Shown in pieces: positions 56,019 through 64,000 of a stretch of DNA of 64,000 nt. Positions within the stretch are counted from its first letter, which is position 1; each line of letters starts with the position of its first letter. Source of the stretch: Candidatus Peregrinibacteria bacterium (GTDB taxonomy: Bacteria > Patescibacteriota > Gracilibacteria > UBA1369); assembly GCA_020429235.1 (NCBI GenBank), contig JAGQLQ010000025.1:310-64309 (forward strand), given 5' to 3'. The notes below the pieces were generated by a model that worked only from the letters and a program-made list of their open reading frames with translations, was not told where the DNA came from and made no database searches. The translations under genes were made by a program, and so were the position numbers.

Positions 56019-57011
56019 ATGAAAAAGCGCGTTCTTACAGTTGAGTTGGGGAAGTATGAGGTGAATATTCCTTACCTTGAATTTGAGGGTGAGCAGGATG
56101 GTCCGCATATCTTTTTAAGTGGGGGGATGCATGGAGATGAGGTGAACGGGATCGCATCAATCAACTATTTGCGGGAATGGTTTTTGAAGGATGATATTGA
56201 GAAAGTTCTGGCTGGACGGATTACCATGCTTCCAGTACTGAATCCGAGTGGTTTTGCTCATATGCAAAGGCAGGTTTATGAAGACAACAATGATTTGAAT
56301 CGGAGTTTTGGCGTGGATGAGCCGAAAACGTTTGCCGAGCAGATTGCTTATGATTTGACGCATAAGATTCTGAAGGAGTGTGAGTTTGGGATCGATTTTC
56401 ATGATTCGGGTAGTCGGAAGGCGTTTGTGCCGCATAGCCGTATGCATAAAGGGGAAAAGTCCGGCTGTACGCGGGAGCTGGCGCAGCTGTTTGGGACGGA
56501 TATTATTATTGAGCGGCAGGGACATGAAGGGATGATGGCTGTTGCGCTGCATCGGCAGTTTGATATGCCTGTTTTGACGGTTGAAATGGGTGGAGCTCAA
56601 CGGATTTTTCCTGAATATTTGAAGGTGTCCAAGCATGGTGTCCGGAACTTTTTGCGCGCGAAAAAGATGTTGTCCGGGAGTATTATGTTGCCAGACAAGC
56701 AGTATTTTCTGGAGGATCGGTATGGGGTGATTATTAAGGCTCCGGCGATGGTGAGCTTTAGTGTGAATCTTGGTGATTTTGTTCATGTTTCACAAAAAAT
56801 CGGGGAGATTTACTATCCTCTCACCCAGGAACATGAAGATATTGTGGCTACCAGTTGCGGTTATATTCTGGCTCAATGGATGGAGTCGCAAATTCCTGAA
56901 GGTGAGAGTATCTACGATATTCTGGCTACAGAAAACTGTCATCCTGATGGAAGCTCTGAAGAAAGGGCGGCTTTGCTTCAACGTCTCGATATATCAAAAA
57001 TTGAAATGTAG
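56019..57011 (+). CDS. Succinylglutamate desuccinylase/aspartoacylase-family zinc hydrolase (M14-like)
   Basis: GGMHGDEVNG (zinc ligands H/E), DLNRSF and DFHD are typical of the AstE/AspA family. Confidence 0.8.
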   Translation: MKKRVLTVELGKYEVNIPYLEFEGEQDGPHIFLSGGMHGDEVNGIASINYLREWFLKDDIEKVLAGRITMLPVLNPSGFAHMQRQVYEDNNDLNRSFGVDEPKTFAEQIAYDLTHKILKECEFGIDFHDSGSRKAFVPHSRMHKGEKSGCTRELAQLFGTDIIIERQGHEGMMAVALHRQFDMPVLTVEMGGAQRIFPEYLKVSKHGVRNFLRAKKMLSGSIMLPDKQYFLEDRYGVIIKAPAMVSFSVNLGDFVHVSQKIGEIYYPLTQEHEDIVATSCGYILAQWMESQIPEGESIYDILATENCHPDGSSEERAALLQRLDISKIEM

Positions 57012-57081
57012 GAGGGATGTGATTGATTTTTGGGAGTGCTTTGATTATGATTCGGAGGCGATCTTTTGAAAGAGCGACTTT

Positions 57082-57178
57082 TGTGAGCCAAGCTCACATC
57101 CGGGAGCGCACGGCGCGACCGCGCAGGCGAGCGAAAGCTTGGGTCTTGTGGGCCCCAAGCTGTGAGTGAGCCGAGCTC
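57082..57178 (+). other. GC-rich structured segment (three hairpins) immediately upstream of the tRNA-Ser/tRNA-Cys pair; function unknown
   Basis: The hairpins are TGTGAGC-caa-GCTCACA (57082-57098), AGCTTGGG-tcttgtgggc-CCCAAGCT (about 57135-57160) and TGAGC-cga-GCTCA (57166-57178). By eye the local GC content is clearly above the surrounding sequence. Confidence 0.4.
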
Positions 57179-57188
57179 AACTATATAA

Positions 57189-57283
<95 letters not shown>

Positions 57284-57312
57284 GAGCTGAGGGCTCCGCC
57301 ATTCAATCATAA

Positions 57313-57387
57313 GGCGCCATGGCCAAGTGGTAAGGCAGAGGTTTGCAAAACCTTTATTCCCCGGTTCGAATCCGGGTGGCGCCTCCA
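57313..57387 (+). tRNA. tRNA-Cys (anticodon GCA), CCA encoded
   Basis: 75-nt cloverleaf folded by hand. The acceptor stem is GGCGCCA/TGGCGCC, the anticodon loop is TT-GCA-AA and the T arm is CCCGG-TTCGAAT-CCGGG. Confidence 0.9.
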
Positions 57388-57389
57388 AC

Positions 57390-57430
57390 AAAAAAACCTC
57401 GCATAATTTGTGCGAGGCTTTTGGCTTTTT
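57390..57430. terminator. Bidirectional intrinsic terminator (A-tract, CCTCGCA ... TGCGAGG stem, T-tracts)
   Basis: AAAAAAACCTCGCAtaatttgTGCGAGGCTTTTGGCTTTTT lies between the tRNA pair (+) and the 179-aa gene (-). Confidence 0.85.
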
Positions 57431-57438
57431 ACTGATTT

Positions 57439-57978
57439 TTACCGACCCTCCATACACTCAAGGAGAACCTGATGTGTGTATCTGAGGATCGGGCCAAGAG
57501 TCGGATCCTGGTCAAAAACCTCATCCCGGCACTTATTCCATTCCAGTACAGTGCTGTGTTGAGTTGTACAAAGATAGAGTTTTTCCGGATTTTCTTTTTG
57601 AAACTGCTCTTCCTCTGCGCGGGCAAAAGCTTGTACATCCTGAACTTTCTGACTCATTCGACACGCCGCATATTGTGGCGGGATAATAAGTTTGAATTGT
57701 CCAATCTCTGACTCAAGCTCCTGTCGGGTTTCGCCTGTGACGTTCTTTAAGATATAACTGATTTTCTCTTCCCGGGTCCACTCTTCCGGCTTTGGCTTTG
57801 GTGGACGCTTATCCAATGGAGAAGTATGTGGAATTTCCACCAGATCTCTTTGTGGACCTTCAATTTCCACCACAATTGGTTCTGGTTCTTTTGGTTGCTG
57901 AACTGCAGTACAAGAGGCTGTGCTGAGCGCCAGGCCAAGGGTGATAGGCTCAACGAATTTCTTTGCAAGAGTGTTCAT
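57439..57978 (-). CDS. Hypothetical secreted protein, possibly a lipoprotein
   Basis: N-terminal hydrophobic segment ending ...LALSTASC, which is an imperfect lipobox. No other motif. Confidence 0.55.
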   Translation of the reverse strand: MNTLAKKFVEPITLGLALSTASCTAVQQPKEPEPIVVEIEGPQRDLVEIPHTSPLDKRPPKPKPEEWTREEKISYILKNVTGETRQELESEIGQFKLIIPPQYAACRMSQKVQDVQAFARAEEEQFQKENPEKLYLCTTQHSTVLEWNKCRDEVFDQDPTLGPILRYTHQVLLECMEGR

Positions 57979-58048
57979 AGGCTTTATCCACCTCGTTAAT
58001 GATGAGGATGTTTATATTGCACTATTTTTAGTATTTTGTCAAGTTTCT

Positions 58049-58597
58049 TTATATTTGTCGCTTTATTGCTTTTCCCATTTTACTTATACGATCATAAATA
58101 TCGGAAAGAATTCCTTTTTCTTCCGATATTTTGGAGGTTTCTGCTACAAATGCGAACTGTTCGCTATCTGGATTTTCAACACCAAGCTTTTTTTCGATCG
58201 CTTCAAAAAAGAGTTCTATTCCCTGTATCAATCCATCTCTATGCACCGTTGAAACTTTTTTCATGCCCTCGTTGGGAGTCCTGACAAACTTTTCTGTCAC
58301 TGCTAATTTCCCCATAAAATAGATATCTCTTGGATCACTCCATTCTTTGCCTCTTGCTTTTTCATATAGATATTCCCCACTTTTTGAAGCCGCGAATAAA
58401 ATGAATGGATCTTCACCTGCCCATATCTCGCAGGCGTACTCTTCGTCGTCACCGTTTCCGAGCCCGCACTCCGCCAAAACGCAGATGATCAATTTTCTGA
58501 GTTCATATTCATTCGGGATAACTGAAAAACGCGCCTTATATTTGTTCCGATTAAATTTTCTGGGCTGCTGTAATTCTGATGAAAGCGTGAGAGTCAT
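58049..58597 (-). CDS. Hypothetical protein, apparently co-transcribed with argS
   Basis: 182-aa ORF starting 3 nt after the argS stop. No motif recognised. Confidence 0.55.
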   Translation of the reverse strand: MTLTLSSELQQPRKFNRNKYKARFSVIPNEYELRKLIICVLAECGLGNGDDEEYACEIWAGEDPFILFAASKSGEYLYEKARGKEWSDPRDIYFMGKLAVTEKFVRTPNEGMKKVSTVHRDGLIQGIELFFEAIEKKLGVENPDSEQFAFVAETSKISEEKGILSDIYDRISKMGKAIKRQI

Positions 58598-58600
58598 ACT

Positions 58601-61147
58601 CTACATTTTATTGAACACCTCAATTTTCAGCAGGTTAAGACCGTTTTTGAGTACTTGTGATACTGCCTGAACAAGCTTTAATCGTGCTTCTTTCAGTTCC
58701 GGTTTGCTGGCAGAAAGAACATGAACTTCGTTGTAAAAGCTGCTAAATGCCCGGGCTACATCGTAGAGATAGCCAGTGATGACATTTGGCTTGTACTCTT
58801 TGGTCGCGAGCTCAATTTTTTCGGGAAAGCGCATGAGGATTTTGAGCAATGCCTGTTCTGTGGTGTGTCCAAATGGTTTTAGCTCTTCCTCCTGCTTGGT
58901 TTTCTTCTCATTCTCCATGGTGAACAGCGATGTTTGGTTTTCCGGATCAGGATCCTGATCATGTACCGGCTGGTTGGTTTCTGCCGCTTCTTTTGCTTTG
59001 CGCAAAATGCTTTCAGCGCGAGCATAGGCGTATTGGAGGTATGGCGCACTGTTTCCTTCCAATGAAAGCATCCGGTCCCAATCAAAGGTGATGTTGGACT
59101 CCCGGTTTTGTGAGAAAATGTTGTATTTGATAGCTCCAATAGCCATTCCTTCAGCAACTTTGGCTTTTTCTTCCGGCAATAAATCCCTGCTTTTTTCTTC
59201 TACGATTTTCTCTGTCCGGGCAATGGCTTCACGAATAACCTCATCCAGAAGCACTACATCCCCTTTCCGGGTACTCATTTTTCCTTCCGGGAACTGCATC
59301 CGTCCAAAATGAACATGCACAAGCTCTGCTGAATCGAATCCAAACTTTTTAGCGGTTTCGAAGAGTTGTTCAAAATGGAGTTTTTGCGCGACATCCACCA
59401 CATAAACAATTTTATTTGGATGGTATCTTTCCAGACGATCTTCGATACTGGCTATGTCTCGTGTTGAGTAGAGGGTTGTGCCGTCAGCTTTTTGCACCAT
59501 GTAAGGAGGCATTTTTTCATCTTCAAACTGCACGATGTAAGCTCCTTTTTCACCTTCGGTGAAGATTCTCTTCTCTTTTCCTTCCTGAAGGATTTTTTGT
59601 GCTGCATCCCGGTACATGGCTTCTCCCAGATACTCATCGAAATCAACATCCAGTTTTTCGTAGATGATTTTTATGGCTTTGATACTTTCTTCGCGCATCC
59701 ATTCCCAGAGTTTTGTATTCTCTTCATCCCCTTCTTCCAGTTTTTTAAACTCTTCTCTCCCTTTATCTTCCAGCGCTGGGTCGGTTTCTACCTCCTGGTG
59801 GAATTTTACATACAGTTTAAGGAGTTCGTTGAGTGGATCCTCTTTTACCACCTTTTCGTCGCCCCAGTTTTTATAGGCATAAAGGAGTTTTCCGTATTGG
59901 GTTCCCCAGTCTCCCAAGTAGTTGAGTGAGACGGTGTCGTATCCTGATTTCCGATGAAGATCGGAGATTGCTTGTCCCAGGATAGTTGAAAGAACGTGGT
60001 GCACTCCGAGTGGTTTTGCAATGTTTGGCTGTGAGTATTCAACCAGGACTTTTTGGCCCTGGCCCAAGCTTAATTGGCCGTAATTTTCTTTTTGATCAAG
60101 AATTGTCTGGAGCTCTTTCTGGAGATGTTCCTGTGAAAGATGAAAGTTGATGAAACCTGGTCCGGCTATATCAGTCTTCTCAACAGACGCAAGCTTTGGA
60201 AGTGCATCGATAATGCTTTTTGCTACCTCTTGCGGTGATTTTCCGACCTCTTTGCTTAATTTAAGGGCAATGTTGCTTGAATAGTCACCGTGCGAAAGGT
60301 CTGCAGGGATTTCGATTTCGATATCCTGACTTGGAAGTGAAAGCGTTTGAACGGCTTTTGAGATTGCAGCTACTATCTCCTCTTTAAGAGATTGATCTTC
60401 TTTTATTGGTGGTGTTATTGGAGTTGATGGTGCCGCTGACATTTCTTGAGGTTGTGTTGGCTTCGCCTCGATTGGTTCCATTGGCGTTATTGCTGGTTCT
60501 GGCTGTGGAGTTGATGTTTTCAGCTCTTTTTCCTTCTCTGATTCATAGCCAAAATCCACTTCTGGATTTTCGCATGTGAGCATGTGAAGTTGAGGCTCTG
60601 ATCCACCACAGTACTTTTGCACGTGCCCGGCAAACTCTTGTGGAAACTGTAGAAACTCCTCTTTTTGCTGGTTTCCAACATTGGCGAACCAAATAGCGAG
60701 AACTTTGGTCTCTCTTTCCGCGTCGATCTCCTGTATTTTTTTCCCTTTTTTGGCTGTAATGAAATCGATTTCAATGTCCTGATCGATTTTATCCAGATCC
60801 TGACCATAGATTGGAACCATGTAGCGAATGCTCAGGTATGTAAGGATTGCCTGGACATTGTTTTCCCCTACTGGTGCTTTGCCTCGCTTGATTTTGCGAA
60901 TGTTGTTTTCTAAAAGTTGTGCTTCCGGGAGGATTTGATCGTCAACTTTGGTAGTATCTATAAGAGCAGTAATAGCTTTGTATTTACTGTCATCACTCCA
61001 TTCGCTCTTGCGTTGCGCGCAGAGACCAGCCAGAAGCTGGTGAGGAGTTGAAACTTTTTTCATGTTCGCGACGTCCTGAAGGAAGATAACCGCTACTTGG
61101 ATACCGGGTAATTTGTCGCAAACGGCCTTAGATAAGCGGATTTTCAT
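58601..61147 (-). CDS. argS: Arginine--tRNA ligase with a ~200-aa N-terminal B3/4-type domain and a Pro-rich linker
   Basis: The C-terminal ~590 aa are a full ArgRS. This part has the Arg_tRNA_synt_N-like start (EIPADLSHGDYSSNIALKLSK), a class I core (SQPNIAKPLGVHHVLSTILG, MSTRKGDVV) and a DALR anticodon-binding end (...LKNGLNLLKIEVFNKM). The total of 848 aa is about 260 aa longer than typical bacterial ArgRS. Confidence 0.9.
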   Translation of the reverse strand: MKIRLSKAVCDKLPGIQVAVIFLQDVANMKKVSTPHQLLAGLCAQRKSEWSDDSKYKAITALIDTTKVDDQILPEAQLLENNIRKIKRGKAPVGENNVQAILTYLSIRYMVPIYGQDLDKIDQDIEIDFITAKKGKKIQEIDAERETKVLAIWFANVGNQQKEEFLQFPQEFAGHVQKYCGGSEPQLHMLTCENPEVDFGYESEKEKELKTSTPQPEPAITPMEPIEAKPTQPQEMSAAPSTPITPPIKEDQSLKEEIVAAISKAVQTLSLPSQDIEIEIPADLSHGDYSSNIALKLSKEVGKSPQEVAKSIIDALPKLASVEKTDIAGPGFINFHLSQEHLQKELQTILDQKENYGQLSLGQGQKVLVEYSQPNIAKPLGVHHVLSTILGQAISDLHRKSGYDTVSLNYLGDWGTQYGKLLYAYKNWGDEKVVKEDPLNELLKLYVKFHQEVETDPALEDKGREEFKKLEEGDEENTKLWEWMREESIKAIKIIYEKLDVDFDEYLGEAMYRDAAQKILQEGKEKRIFTEGEKGAYIVQFEDEKMPPYMVQKADGTTLYSTRDIASIEDRLERYHPNKIVYVVDVAQKLHFEQLFETAKKFGFDSAELVHVHFGRMQFPEGKMSTRKGDVVLLDEVIREAIARTEKIVEEKSRDLLPEEKAKVAEGMAIGAIKYNIFSQNRESNITFDWDRMLSLEGNSAPYLQYAYARAESILRKAKEAAETNQPVHDQDPDPENQTSLFTMENEKKTKQEEELKPFGHTTEQALLKILMRFPEKIELATKEYKPNVITGYLYDVARAFSSFYNEVHVLSASKPELKEARLKLVQAVSQVLKNGLNLLKIEVFNKM
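60548..61147 (-). other. B3/4-like (PheRS beta-subunit B3/B4, COG3382-like) domain fused to the ArgRS N-terminus
   Basis: MKIRLSKAVCDKLPGIQVAVIFLQDVANMKK... and NNVQAILTYLSIRYMVPIYGQDLDKIDQDIEI resemble the stand-alone B3/4 protein N-terminus and the 'NxxVDxxNxxSLxxxxPxxxxDLDKI' core. This comes from memory of the family, not from a search. Confidence 0.55.
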
Positions 61148-61318
61148 AGTTTTTTGGGAAATTTGCTCGTTTTAGTATAGGTGAGAGGTCCCATGGAGGC
61201 AAATGTGCCTCTGAAAGGCTCAGAAGATATTTTTATCCTATATTTTTTGATTGATGTCAATGTAAAGTGGCTTGTTTTGGAGCTTGGACGGTTCTAAAGG
61301 AAGTCATTTTTTGCTATA

Positions 61319-62944
61319 ATGTCTAGATTTAAAAAAATAAAAACTAAAAACAAACCTATGAGCAAACATGCAAAAAAGCAGGTCATGCAGCACATTGCCC
61401 TTCTGGCTGTTACCGCGCTTGCGCTTATTTTGGCGCTTCCAATTGTAAGGGCACAATCGAACATTATTCCAGAAAGTGAGAATGTTGCCCAAGCCGATAC
61501 CCAGGCTCCTTCTGATGTTGAAAACGTGAAGGCTACCCCTGGAAATGGCATGATTACTCTTACATGGGATGTAGCGACCGACAATGAACTGGTTGCTGGT
61601 TATAAGGTGTACTACGGTACGACTCCTGTAACTGAACCAGGTGATGAGTATGAGTTTGAACCGGTTGATGTTGGAAACAAGATCACTTATGAAATGACTG
61701 GTCTTGAAAATGGTACAACTTATTACTTTGCTATCACAGCGTACGACTCTTCTGGCAATGAGAGTCCTAATTATAGTGTGGAAGCGAGTGCGACTCCTGT
61801 TCATGGAGCTGCCGGTGATGAAGCACCAAAGGTTGTTTCTGCCAATGTTCAGGATAAAGGTACGGTTTTGGTAACTTTCTCTGAAGCAGTGAACTTGCCT
61901 GCTTCTCCTGCTTCAGCTTTTTCTATTGCTGAAGATGGAAGTGGAACTGCACTTCAAGTTTTGTCTGCTTCTATGGATTTGAATGATCCAACCAATAAAA
62001 CTGTTGTTTTAACGACTGAAACCCAGGTTCCTGGACAAACTTATATTGTTACCGCTGGAATTCAGGTGACTGATCTTGATGGAAATCCTATTGAAAGTGG
62101 AACTTCTGATACTGCTATCTTTACCGGAACAGATCAAGAAACTCCTACTGAAGAGGAAACCCTTGATGATACAACTGGTCCGGAACTGGTGAACATTCAA
62201 ACTCCAGATGCGACTACTGTTGTTGTTACCTTTAATGAGCCAGTTGTTCTTTCTCCAGACCCAACACAAAACTTTGTGATTACTGAAGAGTCTGATTCTA
62301 CTGCAACTTTGGCTATTTCTGCCGCTGCTTTGAGCGCTGATAAAACTATGGTGACTCTTACGACTGCTGAGCAGGATGGAATGAACTACTTCCTTGTAGT
62401 TCTGGATGTTGCTGATGCAAGTGGAAACTTGATGGATGTTGCTAATAATGCTGCAGCGTTCACCGGATTTGGAATGCAGGAAGAGCAACCAACTGAGGAG
62501 ACTCCTGTTGAGGAACAGCCAACCGAAGAACAACCGGTTGAGGAAACTCCTACTGATACAACAGCTCCTGAAGATGCGACAAACTTTGTTGCAAAACTTC
62601 TCTCTTCAATGGTCGTTCAGCTTGCCTGGACTCCAAGTCTTAATACTGCCGGAGACCTTGCGAACTATGTTCTTTATAAGAGTACCGATGGTATTGCCTA
62701 TGGAGAAGGTGTTCAGTTGGGTGCAGATGCATCGACCTATGATCTTTCTGGTCTTTCTTCAGGCGTGAAGTACTACTATAAATTGGCTGCACGTGATGAA
62801 GCTGGCAATGAAAGTGAAGGTATTACTGCATCATTTATGCTTCCTGAAACCGGACCGGAACTTGCGTTCCTCTTTGGAGGTTCACTTGGACTCGGACGAT
62901 TCTTCACCCGCAAAAAGAAGAAGAAGCTTGCGCGTAAAGCGTAA
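61319..62944 (+). CDS. Cell-surface protein with two FN3 domains, two Ig-like (SbsA/Big-type) repeats and a C-terminal LPETG sortase sorting signal
   Basis: Signal peptide (…HIALLAVTALALILALPIVRAQ). FN3 signatures are ITLTWDV...GYKVYYG...YYFAITAYDSSGNES and VQLAWTP...YVLYKS...YYYKLAARDEAGNES. The true start is possibly the ATG at 61358, because a TATAAT box overlaps the ATG at 61319. Confidence 0.85.
   Translation: MSRFKKIKTKNKPMSKHAKKQVMQHIALLAVTALALILALPIVRAQSNIIPESENVAQADTQAPSDVENVKATPGNGMITLTWDVATDNELVAGYKVYYGTTPVTEPGDEYEFEPVDVGNKITYEMTGLENGTTYYFAITAYDSSGNESPNYSVEASATPVHGAAGDEAPKVVSANVQDKGTVLVTFSEAVNLPASPASAFSIAEDGSGTALQVLSASMDLNDPTNKTVVLTTETQVPGQTYIVTAGIQVTDLDGNPIESGTSDTAIFTGTDQETPTEEETLDDTTGPELVNIQTPDATTVVVTFNEPVVLSPDPTQNFVITEESDSTATLAISAAALSADKTMVTLTTAEQDGMNYFLVVLDVADASGNLMDVANNAAAFTGFGMQEEQPTEETPVEEQPTEEQPVEETPTDTTAPEDATNFVAKLLSSMVVQLAWTPSLNTAGDLANYVLYKSTDGIAYGEGVQLGADASTYDLSGLSSGVKYYYKLAARDEAGNESEGITASFMLPETGPELAFLFGGSLGLGRFFTRKKKKKLARKA
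62840..62941 (+). other. Sortase sorting signal: LPETG, hydrophobic helix, poly-Lys tail
   Basis: LPETG-PELAFLFGGSLGLGRFF-TRKKKKKLARKA sits at the extreme C-terminus. Confidence 0.9.
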
Positions 62945-63034
62945 GGCCTGGCGCGGCTAGCGCACAAACAAAAATCAAGACCAAAATGACACCGGAAAAG
63001 CTCCCTGAAAAGGGAGTTTTTCTTTTATTGGCAC

Positions 63035-63367
63035 TTAGACCTCTGATTCTTCAAGGGTGAGAGTTGTGGTGCTACGCGGGTAGAAACCGACTTTCCCTTC
63101 GATGTGTTTGAATTCTTCGGCTGGGATGGATTTGTAAAGCCAGCAGGCTTCCTGTCCGACTGGTTCGCCATTTTCGTCTTTGAGGTAGTAGTAATCCGCG
63201 TCGCTGTTTTTGATTGGGCAGTGGTAGGAGTTGGGAACCATGGCGAGCTGGTCGAGCTTGACGGTTTCCGGGTCGAGGTAGTAGTTGCCTTCAGCTTCAT
63301 GGATTTGCTTGCCTGTTGCTTCGGCGATAATGTTGCCTTGTTGGTCTTTGTAGGTGAGTTTTTTCAT
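63035..63367 (-). CDS. Small conserved protein, DUF427-like
   Basis: 110 aa. EGNYYLDPETV...CPIKN.DADYYYL resembles the DUF427 pattern (NYYFP..dv...C.wKG.A.Yy). Weak recognition only. Confidence 0.45.
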   Translation of the reverse strand: MKKLTYKDQQGNIIAEATGKQIHEAEGNYYLDPETVKLDQLAMVPNSYHCPIKNSDADYYYLKDENGEPVGQEACWLYKSIPAEEFKHIEGKVGFYPRSTTTLTLEESEV

Positions 63368-63395
63368 GGAAATTATTTAGAGATAGATAGTTCAA

Positions 63396-64000
63396 CTATA
63401 CCATCTCTGTATTTCCCATTACACGGAGGATTTTCCTTCTGAGCTTCTCTTGAGTATTGTTGCTTATCTGGCGGATGCGTTCACGTGTAAGGTTGAATTG
63501 GTCGCCAATTGCTTGCAGCGTTTGAGGCTCATCGTCTTCAAGTCCATGTCGCATTTCTAGAATTTGTTTCTCGCGTGGTTCTAGCTCTTTTACCAACTCT
63601 TGAATTTGTTGGATGTCCTGCTGTCTTTCTATGATGTCGTCCGGGAAGTCCATGTTTTCATCTACGACCCTTTCTACAAATGAACCACCATTTGGATCGC
63701 CATTGTTCATGGGCGCATCTAGGGATGCTATTGATGCTTGTTGAAAGCTCATCGCTCTTTTGACCATTCCCACACTTTCCTCAACCTGTGCTGCAATTTC
63801 TTCTACTGTAAGCTCCTGACCATCCTTCGTTCGTGCTTCTTTCTGCAATCTTCTAATTTTGTAGGCGAGTTGTTGGATGTTAACAGGCCACTTCACCGTA
63901 TGTGACTGCTCTTGATTGGCTTGGTTCATGGTCTGGCGGATCCACCATCCTGCGTAACTTGTGAAACGAACACCTTTGCCTGGATCAAACTTATCTGCTG
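63396..64000 (-). CDS. RNA polymerase sigma-70 family factor (RpoD-like), N-terminus beyond the window edge
   Basis: The reading frame continues upstream of the ORF-track ATG. The reverse complement of 63930-64000 translates to ...DKFDPGKGVRFTSYAGWWIRQTMNQ..., which is region 2.1-2.3. Region 3 follows, and region 4.2 reads TLQAIGDQFNLTRERIRQI. Confidence 0.85.
   Translation of the reverse strand, partial: ADKFDPGKGVRFTSYAGWWIRQTMNQANQEQSHTVKWPVNIQQLAYKIRRLQKEARTKDGQELTVEEIAAQVEESVGMVKRAMSFQQASIASLDAPMNNGDPNGGSFVERVVDENMDFPDDIIERQQDIQQIQELVKELEPREKQILEMRHGLEDDEPQTLQAIGDQFNLTRERIRQISNNTQEKLRRKILRVMGNTEMV

Noticed and set aside
61148-61318. Possible T-box riboswitch upstream of argS. A small hairpin GAGGCA-aat-TGCCTC lies at about 61196-61212.
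   Set aside because: The whole divergent intergenic region is only ~170 nt. It lacks the conserved T-box sequence (AAnnnGGGTGGTACCGCG-like) and a specifier/terminator architecture.

Overview
The window is about 43-45% GC, compact and almost fully coding, and uses the standard genetic code. Housekeeping genes present are gdh, ppdK, nadK, pcrA, nrdR, dgt, a xer-type recombinase, ftsE, purM, dprA, pilB, nusA, recA-recX, ymdB, ctp, argS and a sigma-70 factor. Three tRNAs are present: Ser-UGA, Ser-GCU and Cys-GCA. Between the housekeeping genes sit unusually large envelope or host-interaction proteins. The gene content and style suggest a small-genome, possibly episymbiotic bacterium (CPR/Patescibacteria-like), but that is a low-confidence inference. 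No CRISPR array, transposase, prophage or rRNA was seen.

The most interesting content:
- A translationally coupled three-gene cassette sits divergent from pilB. Its core is a 2083-aa protein with no signal peptide, a central Gly/Ala-rich hydrophobic module and a complete C-terminal Hanks-type Ser/Thr kinase domain.
- A 1524-aa giant with a similar layout sits 1 nt downstream of an SLH-domain surface protein.
- A 1151-aa secreted protein combines a beta-helix, a GEVED domain and SLH repeats, and ends in a complete sortase domain. An LPETG-tailed FN3/Ig surface protein lies 9 kb away.
- The arginyl-tRNA synthetase carries an N-terminal B3/4-type domain.
- An 18-nt perfect palindrome exactly fills the -35/-10 spacer of the recA promoter.
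- There are several other palindromic or structured non-coding elements.

All functional calls come from reading motifs in the supplied translations. No database search was run.
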